The notes beneath the pieces are model-generated. The model ran no database searches. It was given only the letters and a program-made list of their open reading frames with translations, and had not been told where the DNA came from. From Neoconidiobolus thromboides FSU 785 (Eukaryota > Fungi > Entomophthoromycota), in the NCBI GenBank assembly GCA_025603075.1, contig MU626268.1, positions 144,796-208,795 on the forward strand: a DNA stretch of 64,000 nt, written 5' to 3'. Shown one piece after another: positions 52,959 through 64,000 of the stretch (within the stretch, counting starts at the first letter, position 1; every line of letters begins with the position of its first letter). The position numbers and the translations under genes were made by a program.

Positions 52959-53005
52959 ATTTCTAGTTTTCTATATTAATTCTTTAACAGTTTTTTTTAT
53001 AAATC

Positions 53006-53074
53006 GGGATGTATCTTTTTTAAAGGATTTTACTAACAATTTTTCTGCTTAAATGACACTTAAAAAATGTCTCC
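53006..53074 (+). mobile_element. Truncated MITE copy
   Basis: GGGATGTATC..aaggattttactaacaatttttctgcttaaatgacacttaaaaaatg. Confidence 0.7.
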
Positions 53075-53792
53075 AGACATTAATTTTTTATCAAACTATT
53101 AGTTTTTATATAAGTATGTTTTTTAGTTTTATTTAGGATTTAAACCCATAACTTTAATTATAAAGCTTAAATTTAAACTATTTGGTTATACAGAAATTGA
53201 CACAAATATATGTTTGAAAGTTATTTAAAATAATAATTTGTTGAGATAGTTTTATTTAATTTAAACTTTCTATATTTACAATAACTATTATAATTTTTAA
53301 GGCCTGGATTGATATATAGGAACGTTTTAGCTGATCATTTTGAAAAAAGTGCATGGCTATTTAGCAATATAGTGCAATATTTTTTAATGTTTTACACTGC
53401 CAAATGAAAGTTTTTAAAAAAGTTCTCCTTTTGATTCTTAGTTACATTTGATTTAGTACTATTTACTGCCATAGTGTCATAGCTTTATATCCGGATTTTT
53501 TAAAAATGTTTTGAATAGTAGGCTAAAATTAAGATAATTGTATTTTTGAAATACAAAACTATCACTTCTTATATTTGCATACAAAGTTGTATGATTTACA
53601 TAAAGTTAGTTGTTTAGATCAAAATCCTAAATTTTAAATATATTAAATGAAAAATTGCCCAAGTAATAACTATAAAGTGTTGAATAAAATTTTATGTATT
53701 TATTTTTTAGATACAAAATTATAACAAATAAATACAAGATCTGACTTTCTAAAGATATAAATATTCTTACTAACAACATTATTATCTAATAG

Positions 53793-53865
53793 GCTCCGTT
53801 AGCTCAGTTGGCAGAGCGTGGTGCTAATAACGCTAAGGTCATAGGTTCAAGCCCTATACGGAGCA
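53793..53865 (+). tRNA. tRNA-Ile(AAT), no intron
   Basis: Cloverleaf: acceptor GCTCCGT/ACGGAGC, D arm GCTC/GAGC, anticodon loop CT-AAT-AA, T arm ATAGG-TTCAAGC-CCTAT; 73 nt. Confidence 0.95.
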
Positions 53866-54061
53866 TTAATTTTTCTTTCATATTATAATAAACCAAGGTA
53901 TATATAAGATAAAATAAAGTTTAAATAAATTTGATATTTATAGTAGGTTCGTGAAAATTACCGATATCTAGTAAAGAATATTGTTCATAAGGGTTTGAGA
54001 TTTTTAAAAAAGTTGATATTAAAACAAATAAATTAAACAAACAATTAATAAAAGAACTCAT

Positions 54062-55586
54062 TTATAGATTTGAAGTAGTGTCAATAATAGAATTCAAACT
54101 CTGATCCATGGTTTGTAATCTTGAATTAACTTCCTCTTGAATCTTCTTGAATTTTTCGATAAGCTAACTTGTTAGTGATAATATTATAAATAAATGTAAG
54201 CAATTACCTCTCGAGTGTTCATGTTTTCTTGAACTGCTGTAACTTGATTGATAATATTTTCCATATTATCTAATACGTTATCAAAATCAGCCAACTTCTG
54301 ATGCATAGCAGAAACAATCTTTAATCTTTGTGCTATTTTTGGTGCGTTTGATATATATATATCAAACTTTTCATAAAGTTTATACATCTTATCAACCTAA
54401 AAATAATCAGCTTTAAACTACAAATAAGCTACTAAATTTACTTTGTTTTTAGTTTCTGAATCCAAATTGGTATCTGAAAATACAATTTTATCTAAAGTAG
54501 ACTGTTTGAAACTTGATTTGAGAGTAATCAAACGATCCAGCTCAGCTATTAAATTTTTGATACTTTTATTAATATCATCTAAATGATTTTGATCTTTTAT
54601 CTTCCTTAACATCTGTTGCATATCTTCAATCATTCTAGTTAAGCTTAATCCATTAGGCTAAGCAGTTAATTTATATTATTTTAGTCTGTTAAAAAGTTTA
54701 CCAAATCAGCCTTAACTAACGTTTCTGGACCTAATAATGCTTCCAGGCTTGTTACTCGTGCTTCAAGTTCTAACGCATGATTGACTTGCTAATTATAAAT
54801 AAACAGATCAATAAAGTAAGCAGTATAATACCTGTTCATAGCTTGGAGGTAGAAATTCCTTTGCTTCGTTATTGAAATAGGCTTTATTTAGTCGGTCTAA
54901 CAACTGGGTACCAGTAGAAGTCATAACTTTTGCGCCACCATCTTTTGATTTCATATTTAATTGACGTTGTATGCTAACAAGATTGTTTAGCATAGAGATA
55001 GCACTAGTTCCAGAAGTTTCATCAATTAGTTTCTTTTAAGGATTAGAAATGTTTGGTTATTAATTGTTTGAAACTTACGTTTTCTTTATTCATATCCTGC
55101 TCCAGTTCTTGAACCTCCATAATAATTCTCTTTAGCCTTTCATTTGGAGTTTCTATAGTATCATCGATTTCATCATCACTCTCAATTTCGATTGCATCAT
55201 TGCTGATATCTTTATGCTTATTATAAAAAGAGTAGTTAAACTTCTTTTCTTTTGTAACTAAAAATAAATAAATGGTTGGATATTTTAGTATAAAAACAAT
55301 TACATTTGGGGTGACCATCTCCTACTTTAGTTTTGAAGAACTTCAGGTTCTTTTTGCTATTGAGTTCACTTCGATCAATTTCTGGTAATTGTTTGTCCTA
55401 CAAAATTAGCTTTGTAACTTTATAAAAATACTCCGATATTACTTCAACAACTTTATAAGGTCTAAATTGAGGAACTACTACATCAGTGGATTCAAATACT
55501 TGAGGTTCTATCTATTTTCTATTAGCTTATTTAAATAAATTTCATCCTTTTACCTCCTCTTCAATTTTTAATATATCAATAACCAT
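54062..55586 (-). CDS. DCTN2: Dynactin subunit 2 (dynamitin/p50)-like, multi-exon
   Basis: EPQVFEST, ETPNERLKRIIMEVQELE, ELEARVTSLEALLG, APKIAQRLKIVSAMHQ; coiled-coil pattern. Confidence 0.8.
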
Positions 55587-56425
55587 AATTTTAAGCCACA
55601 AACTTAACCAAAAAACTAACCTCTTTAAATTTACAAATTGATTTATCAAATAATTTTGTTCATAGCATTTTCAATACAACATTTTCTTTTTCAAGTTTAA
55701 AAACCTATATATGTAAATTATTTTGAATTTCATTTACTAGAAATTGTTTAATTATAGTGTTGGTTTTATAAAAAAAGATAGTTATACTATAATTGAACTT
55801 AACAGTTTAATTTATAAATTTATTATTTCAAAACATCGATATAGTAGTTAGATATATCGAAAATGTATTAAATAGTCTTAAAGTGTGAATCATTTTTGAA
55901 AAATAATATATTTTTCAAAATTTATCCTAATAATAAAAATTGTAAATTTTCGAATTCAAAATGGGGGGATGTCTTGTTGAAAATGTGATATTCGAAAAAA
56001 TTGCAAATCCTTGTTATCATATTCAAGTTGACTCAATAGACAGAAAGTATAAGATAATTAAAATGTCCCTTGGATATAAATTTAACTCATTTCAGAGATA
56101 TTTTGAGTATGCTGTTTTAAAATTAGCTTTTATAGGATTAAAATGTTAATCAAGTTGATTGAATGAATATGCAGTAGTTATTTCATGAAGTATTTATAAA
56201 GTGTGAACCATTTAATTTGAGTGGAAAGTATTGCAAACTTTAAATGTATATTATGTTATTAAAAAAATGTGTTGATTTAAAGTTTAGCTATAGTTGATTG
56301 AATTCGTATAGCTAATTATTTAATTCTATTAAAAAAAGTAATGATAAAAGTTAATTACTAATGTCTAAAAAAGTTAATCTTCCCTTTATTACCTCTATAA
56401 AAGTTGACAAAAGGTACTATTTTAT

Positions 56426-56719
56426 TTAATTTGCAATAGCTTCACGGCTAGCTTTGCGTTCTTCTAATTTGGCACGACGCTTTTCGATGGTAGCAAATTG
56501 ACGTTCTTGGAGTCCATATAAAACATATCCTAAGGAAGCACCAACAGCGGCATAAATAAAGTAACCTGAAGGCTCTAATAATAATAAGCATTTCTATAAA
56601 ATTTAAATATTACAATTTTATTTACTTGAAGACATTGGTCTCATTTGTAACCCTAAAGAATAACTACGTATGCCAATACCAACTAAGGCACCTCCAATTA
56701 CTCGTGTAAATAAACCCAT
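56426..56719 (-). CDS. Complex I accessory subunit, NDUFC2/B14.5b (fungal 14-kDa)-like, 2 exons
   Basis: MGLFTRVIGGALVGIGIRSYSLGLQMRP..YAAVGASLGYVLYGLQERQFATIEKRRAKLEERKASR. Confidence 0.78.
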
Positions 56720-57081
56720 TTTTTTAGTCTGTTTTTTTAGTTAGTTTATCACTTTTTGATGATCAGTTGTTGGTTACCTTGATTAGATATAGAATGATTA
56801 GATTAAAATTTAGTTTTTTCTTAAAATTCCATGTTACTTTTTGCAATGGGATTTCGAATTTGCGATAAAGCGAGATTATGCTGTTTTAGTCACTATTGAG
56901 GTAGTGTTCATTCTACAATTTGTAATATAGCTTTATACATAAAAATATATAAATATAAACATACTAATATTAAGATGTAGCTTAAAACTCGGAATAAATC
57001 AATCAAAGTTAAATGTGTTAATTGAAAAGTTATACTATGATAAAAATAAAGTGTAAAAATTAAACTTTAATATTAAGCAAC

Positions 57082-58437
57082 TTAGTTTCTGTCTTTCTTA
57101 ACTGCATTCCAATCTACTTGGTTGTAACCTTTATAAACACCCAAACGATGATAGACAGTAGGAGCTCTGACATAAGGATCCACCTTTTTGTATGCATCTC
57201 TCATCTCTGAGATAGTATCCTTTCTTTCTTGATCGAACTCATCATTTTCGCTATTTGCCCATTTCTTATTAATAAGGTCAAATTTATCCCAAGCAGCTAC
57301 AAACGCTTTATTGGCTACATTATAACCAGTTTGATCTTCTATTATTCTATCTTCTCCTTCAACAGGTCCTATATACTCATAGTCTAATTCCCCAGTTCCG
57401 CCTTGGGTTTCACGTAATTGAGAAGGATCAATAAACTCAGTCAATTCTTTGGTGCTTAAAAACTTAATCTTGGCCGCTACTACAGGGTCAATTAAAGGAG
57501 ACAACACTTTCCAAATACCTAAAAAAAATGTAAATAAAACCCTAATAAAAAGAATATAATCGTAATAAAATTACCATTGAAGAACCATGGGGCGTTTAAA
57601 GCTATAACACAGCCTAAGCACTCTGGATAATATTTTTCTAAACAACTGATCAAGAATTTTACAGAGTTATAATCCTAAATAATTATATTATTATATCAAA
57701 ACATTTTAATAAAGTTGTTATTACCATGTTATTCATACTCATATCGCTTAAATCAAAAACAATAGTAACTGTATCAGAGGGCTCAACTAATACAAGTCTA
57801 GCCGATTCCATCACGGTCAAAATAAAGTTTTGAAGTTCATCCATAGTGAGTGCTTTAGGATCATGAAGCTTTGCAATCACATGACTAACGAAAAGTCATA
57901 AATATAAGACAACAAACAAACCATAAAATTAACTTACCAGATAGGTCTACCAGCCTTATCATTTCCTTGCATGTAAAATTGGGATTTTTTAAATAGCTCC
58001 ATATTAATGTTTTTTTCTCCTTCCTTTTTAATCTTCAAAATTTCTACAGTATGAAACCATTGTATAGCATTAGTAAACATTTCAAAACTATCTTTGATGA
58101 CCCATTTTCTAGCTCTAATATAACGTAACATTACTGAGTCTGGATGATCAAATTGAGTTTGGCCCATAACCACGGCTCTAAATTCATTTTGCAATAATTG
58201 GTCTTTGGTATCCTTTACAGCGCCTTCACTGTTTGTTTTTTGCATCATTTTAGGTAATCGATTACGTAATGAAGCAAATCCTACCTTACTCGCTTTTTCT
58301 ACTTCTTCTTCTTTAACTACTGCCTCTACTCTCTCCTTAGGTAAGGTATCTAAATAGTCATAATATTGCTTATAGAAAGCTTTTAATTTGTTGGTCTGCT
58401 CTTGGTCTAAATTATGATATCTTCCGGGTTGCTCCAT
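57082..58437 (-). CDS. CRAL-TRIO/Sec14-family lipid transfer protein (Csr1-like), multi-exon
   Basis: HPDSVMLRYIRARKW, GNDKAGRPI, FDLSDMSMNN, YPECLG..NAPWFF, LIDPVVAAKIKF, LDPYVRAPT-like C-terminus. Confidence 0.9.
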
Positions 58438-59017
58438 TCTTTGTTAAGTTTTTATTTTTTATGAAATGTGTTTTTGATTAATTTGTAATATGCTTAAATA
58501 TTGGTTTAGTAGTTGAATTTCATTGGTGGGTTTATTCTCGACTATCATTTTTTTCATATTATTCTTTTTTGATGTTCTGTAATTATTATAGTGAGATCAG
58601 TTTTAGCCAATAAGTTGTTGAAATTGTCAAATTCTACTTCTATTATTAAGCTATTTATAGCCGCTAAAAATAGACTTTTAATTAATTAATCTTTTGCCAA
58701 CTATTGTTTTACTATTATTACTATAAAACGATAATATCATCTTAATAAATACATTAAATTAAATCTTAATACTTTATTGTTCTAAAATTTTGACAATACT
58801 AATTGACTATTAATTAAAAACTGTTTACAATCTCTCACCAACAATCCACGTCAATTTACTTTGCTACTAAATATAGTAACTCCATTACCCAGAACTAAAA
58901 AATTAAATTGACGAGTCACATTTATACATTAATTTAATAACTATTAATATCAACAACAAATAGTAAGTAGCAACAAAAAAGATGAACAGCAAGAAAGTTG
59001 ACGAAATATACTTCAAA

Positions 59018-61807
59018 CTAATCTTTAGTGGGTGTTGTAGGTGGGGCGGGTGCTTCTAGCCCAGTCACCGTCACTGTGGTGCTCTGTGATAGCCCAGCAT
59101 ATTCCACCAACTGATTTTGATCTTGTATAATCCTTAAAGCTACTTGATTGGCAGGCTCGACGCGACCATTCTTTCTCAAGCCAACCACCTGTAAAGCAAG
59201 TTCCAATAGATCCTGTTCAGTCCCATCTTTATACGTAAACTTTGAAAGTTGATCCAAATATGGTTCTTCAGTTGCTTGATTAGTAGCTTTATAATTCGGT
59301 GGTCGAATTGTCACATTCACTATCCCTGCCATAGTCCTTGGTGGGACCAAACATAGGGCTGATTGATCTGACCATACATTACATATTGCTGACGGTATAT
59401 CTCCAAAGTAAACTATCATGCCCTCTAAAAATAATTTAATATAAATAAGATTACGTATAGAGTTAAAATTACCTTTGAAATTTGTACCCAAAATAGCTAC
59501 TTCCACACCACCATGTAATGGTGATTGTGATGGAACGATGCGTGCAATTTTAGGCATTGAAGATGGTTTAATTGTTTTTAAAAGTGGGGGTGGACGCAAT
59601 GTAACCTGAGAAAAAGGTTGTTGAACTGCGATATTCAACGAATGAGCTAGATTGGGTTGAAATGCTGAGCTAAGGGGCATTGTAGGCTTATTCATCATAT
59701 TGGGAGCAATTGAATAAAAGTTAGGCATTGAGCTATAAAGTTACAATTAATCTTAATTGAATTTAATACAATTCTATCTTACTTTATTGGTATATGTGGA
59801 ATCGCTTCTGGTATTGGTGCTAAAAACGACGAACTTTCAGCTTTAGTACTCTTTGGTCCACGTAGTTTTTTATTGTTGCTAGCTTCAAGCGCTTTTTGTT
59901 TGGTTTTATGATCATCTGTTATCATAATTGGGGGTGTTTCACCTACTGCCAACAATTTCAACTCATCATCATATAGTGAAAACTTAACAATAAACCCTGT
60001 AGTCTCTTTATGATGTCTACAATAACAAGTGATCCTTGAAGGCAGTATAACATCCCCTGTAGAAAGATCAATGATATTGGTGGTATTAAATGTTATGATT
60101 TTCTTTTGCTCTTGATCAACCGAATCACCTTCTAAAGTCTCTTCATATAATGAAGGTGAACCTGGTAAACTTGGGATAGGTGTAGTTGATGGGGTATTGC
60201 ATGACTTCGAGTGCCTCTTACTTTGTCTTTTTCTTTCCCTTTGAACGCATCCAATGCATACCTGTACTTTTTGTTTTGGGTTAGAAGCACAAGTAACTGT
60301 GGCTCTAAGATTTACTATTTTATCTTCCCTTGGTGAAATGCTTGCTACAGAATAAGTTAGAAGTTAATTAATGGATTTAATTATAATCATACTTTTGGGC
60401 GCTTTTCTTCTATCTTTTTGACCCACTATTAAATGAGGTGGTAATCTAAGATGGGTCCATGGTATCGAATTTGTCCCAGTTTTATTTATTAATTTTAAGC
60501 ATAATTTAACTTGTGTTTCTACTCGTGACCTTATTCCAGTAGGTGGTATTCCCATGATTAATATTTCATAACTAAAAAAACACATTTAATAAATTAAATA
60601 TCTAAAGTATTTTTTTTTACTTTAGAGGAATATTTTCATTTCTGGGAGGCGTAGGATCTTTAAAAAATGTGTAAATATTAACTGGTATATTCATGGACTC
60701 TTTTGGAGTATTTGGACTGCTAATTCCATTCTTTTGCTTCAATTCATTGATCCTTGGGATTTCGATTGGCTTCAAATAATCAACAGCTAAATTATTAACA
60801 TTTATTTTTGTATTCATTTCTAAGTCATTACTTTCTTTAGTATTTGTCTTTGGTCTGATTTCTTTAAATGAATTGCTTCTCTTTGGTGCCTTATTTACAC
60901 TTTCTTTTTTAATATTATTATTGATGCAGTTGGTGTTATTGTTATCCGCTATTTTATTATTGATGCTATTATTTGATGATTCAAGAGGTTTAGTTATAGC
61001 CACCATGGAGTTGTTGAATGTCTGATTAATGTTCATTACGTTTCCAGATCCTTGTTTAGTAGGCTATAAAATATAAATATGAATTTATTAATAGACAAAA
61101 TCCTATATTACCTGGGGATCTAAATTCAAATAACTTGAGCTACTGACTAAATTTGGGTCACTCATTGAAAACATCTGATTGTTAGTAGAACCTGTTTCAT
61201 TCATATTAAACGCTATAGTTGGAATCATTGGGTTTTTATATGAAAGTTCAAGCATATTATTATTTTCCTGAGGGTTAATATTCGTGAACGCCATACTATT
61301 AAACGGCTCCATTTGACCATTATTAGCTAACATCGGTTGAGTGTCGTTTGGATTATTCATTGGTAAGTTAGAGGCCACATCCTCAGCATACAGGTCGTTT
61401 AAATATAATGAAGCTTCATCTTGAAGCTGCTGTTGTTGCTGTTGCCTTGATCTTGGTGAAACAGGAGCTGAATAAATTTCAGTGTTCATTCTAGGCTGCA
61501 TAAAATTGTGATTAAATCCATTATTTGGTGTAGGTGCAGGCCCATTGAAGAAGGGATTATTCCTACTTCTTGGGGAATTTGGAGTAGATCGAAAGAAAAA
61601 GTTAGCTTCGTTAAGCATATTATCTGGGAATAAAGTCTGCCTTGGTAAACTAGCGTTATTAAACATACCAGTGTCAATAATGCTGCGGAAGGGTATATCA
61701 CCACCTTCAATAGGGGTATTGGTACCAGAATAATAAGGTGATATTGTATACCCTATTTCTGGATTGTGTACCATATATAAATATTCTGACGTTATTTCTT
61801 CATCCAT
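59018..61807 (-). CDS. Spt23/Mga2-like IPT/TIG transcription factor lacking ankyrin repeats and a TM anchor
   Basis: SRVETQVKLCL, VCIGCVQRERKR, RITCYCRHHKE, PIMITDDHK, IPT PKIARIVPSQSPLHGGVEVAILG, ELALQVVGLRKNGRVE; stop about 45 aa later. Confidence 0.85.
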
Positions 61808-62725
61808 GTTATTTTGACAAGAAAGGATAAAAAGAACAATAACGTGACTTTAAAAAGAAGTTATTTATGCCAAAAAAAAGCAAATTCTTTAACTTCGGAA
61901 TCAATTGGTTACTTTTATAATTAATTGGCTTATAAATTATGGATTATTAGATGATGGGTTGAAATTAACTATGGTAAAAAGCTCAAACTTTAAGTTAAAA
62001 TTAAAACTTATTTTATTTGTTATTATTCTAATGGTAGGATTTTAAACTTAAAATACGTATAAATATACTTTTATTTATTCAAGTTATTTGAAATTTCATT
62101 TTCAATGAGAATGTACACTTTTTTTGATCAACAATTCTGAGAATAATTATTGCTCAAGGCATGAAAATTTTGACCTTTTTATACATATAATTTTACAGGA
62201 ATTTAATGTTTAATCAATAAAAACCGATTCATGTGAAATGTGGATTAAATGTTTGGATTTTTAAATTTTACTCGCGTTTTTATGTTATATCATGTATTGT
62301 AACTATAAAAATAGTAGAAGACTTAGCTTGTCAATATCTTGCTCATTTGTCTTTATAATTTAAGGGATACAATATATCAAAGTAAATAATAAATGTATAG
62401 TTGTATTAAAAACCACTTAATTTAGTATATTTTACGAATAAGGGGATTTTTTACTCCTTGTATCATAAAAAAACTTTTAATTGCCCATTTTAAGTTATAC
62501 CAAAGAATAGTGCTCAATTTAAATCTACATGTATTTAAATGTCAAGCTTATTTACATTTTGACCATTTTAAGCAGCTTAAAGTTTAGAATGCTTATTAGA
62601 ACTAAATGAAAAACGAGTGTCGAAACTTTAGTAGCTATCAACTACAGGAGTTATAAATTAATTTATCCGATAATTCCATTTAGATGTCAATTTTTAAATT
62701 AATAGAATTATTATAAAGTTGATAT

Positions 62726-62824
62726 GGTGATGTGTTTTTGTGTTTAAGAATTATACTAACAATTTTCCTGCTCAAATAGCGCTTAAAGATAGGAAAAATA
62801 ATGAAGTCAAAAAAAAACACCCCC
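62726..62824 (+). mobile_element. MITE copy
   Basis: atat-GGTGATGTG..aagaattatactaac..aaatagcgcttaaag..ACACCCC-atat. Confidence 0.85.
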
Positions 62825-63424
62825 ATATTTAAAAGCTTATAATTTATGTTTATTTAAGCTTAGTCAATAAAGCAATTTTAAAAAAAGTAGTTGAGCATTT
62901 ATAATATATATGTTTATAAAGGTAATGTAATTTTATAAACAGCTACTTTTAATATAAATACATGAGGATGTCCAGACTGATTTCATTATCTAATTTTTAA
63001 ATATTCTGTATTTTAAAAACTTGTTTAAAATTCTGATGTTTTTATTAAAAAGCAAAAATACCTGAAAAATGGTTTTGAATTATTTTATTATAATTTATAT
63101 TATAAGTTGGTAGGATTTTATCAAGTTTTAAGGAAGTTTTTAAAATATAAAATACTTGAAGCTAATTAATTAAAAATTGCTTTTAATTCCAACTATTAAA
63201 CATTAATTTTTGTATTTTATAATTAACTATATCATAATAATCACTTAAATTATTTATAAAATTGATTATACTTTATATGACAAGCTTAATTAAATTTTGA
63301 TAATTCTATTACTAAGATTTAATACATAAAGATATCTAACTTAGTTTCATTTTCCTACCTAATTTAAGTTTAAAGCTCCTAGTTTATATAATTAAAATAA
63401 ACTTAAATTATAAAAAATAGTATT

Positions 63425-63523
63425 GGAGATGTTTTTTCTAGCTTCATCATTTTTTTCATTTTTTAACTACTATTTGAGTGGAAAGATTGTTAGTAAAATT
63501 CTTAAATCAAAAAATACATCCCC
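63425..63523 (-). mobile_element. MITE copy
   Basis: GGAGATGTTTT..ttgagtggaaagattgttagtaaaattcttaaatcaaaaaATACATCCCC-atat. Confidence 0.85.
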
Positions 63524-63546
63524 ATATAATAAGCTATAGATTATGT

Positions 63547-63639
63547 GGTGATGTTTTTTTGGCTTGATTACTTTTTCCATCTTTTGAGCATTGTTTGAGT
63601 GGAAAAATGATAGTAAATCCTTAAACACAAAGACACATC
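63547..63639 (-). mobile_element. MITE copy abutting the LTR-like repeat
   Basis: GGTGATGTTTT..ttgagtggaaaaatgatagtaaatccttaaacacaaagACACATC. Confidence 0.78.
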
Positions 63640-63641
63640 TT

Positions 63642-64000
63642 TGTGAAATATCGCTTTGTCAGTCCCATGGTTAATTATAACATAACAATCTCCTAAGCTG
63701 CTGTGTTCTCGAGCTCAGAGGAAATCAATCCCATGTTCTTATTTTGATTTGTTATGAGAATTTCTAGTTCCATCCAAAAGAATATTATCTTCTCATTTTG
63801 ATATTTATACTTTTCAGAGTATAAAAGAGTTTACAGAGTATAATAGTTCGAGGCTTTTTAACTGAATTAATCCCTGATATCTCGAACATTTAATAAAGCC
63901 ACTAAGTTTTCTTAATAGTATTTTACATAGATTTTACATTAGTATTGTCTATTCTATTTGTCTTATATAGCTAGTAACCTATTACATGCTATTCCTCATA
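63642..64000 (+). repeat. LTR-like dispersed repeat, copy 2 (runs off the window end)
   Basis: Starts TGTGAAAT; TATAAAAG at 63820, AATAAA at 63892, ATTTTACA at 63931-38. Homologous to 42778-43135. Confidence 0.75.

Noticed and set aside
55961-56149. Short ORF beginning GGGGGGATGTC, resembling a MITE end
   Set aside because: Only the first ~9 nt match the TIR, and the ORF has no coding signal.

Overview
AT-rich, intron-containing fungal nuclear DNA. The gene content, ~50-nt GT-AG introns and composition suggest an early-diverging fungus, possibly Conidiobolus/Entomophthoromycotina-like (inference). About 21 intact protein genes are supported: RecQ helicase, peroxisomal ABCD transporter, a chorismate-lyase-fold protein missed by the ORF track, YANK/STK32 kinase, two MPO1-like paralogs, MscL, mitochondrial AAT, class II DAHP synthase, GDPD, Swd1/RBBP5 with a long tail, HDHD1/PUDP, RPP0, HAC1-like bZIP, a secreted Cys-rich protein, ADE6, a class 3 lipase, PMP3, dynamitin, an NDUFC2-like subunit, a Sec14/CRAL-TRIO protein and an Spt23/Mga2-like factor. 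There is also one tRNA-Ile(AAT). Intergenic DNA holds about 19 near-complete copies of a ~100-bp MITE, two copies of an LTR-like repeat and several pseudogenes. Main findings: (1) an IRE1-type unconventional 38-nt intron in HAC1 with a three-hairpin fold; (2) an intronic C/D snoRNA in RPP0 with a 16-nt guide to 18S rRNA; (3) an Spt23/Mga2 homolog ending without ankyrin repeats or a membrane anchor; (4) Swd1 fused in frame to an RY/D-rich tail ending in EEGEI-type motifs; (5) an intron-containing bacterial-type MscL; (6) a UbiC-fold protein. All family assignments come from motifs recognised by eye; no database searches were run.
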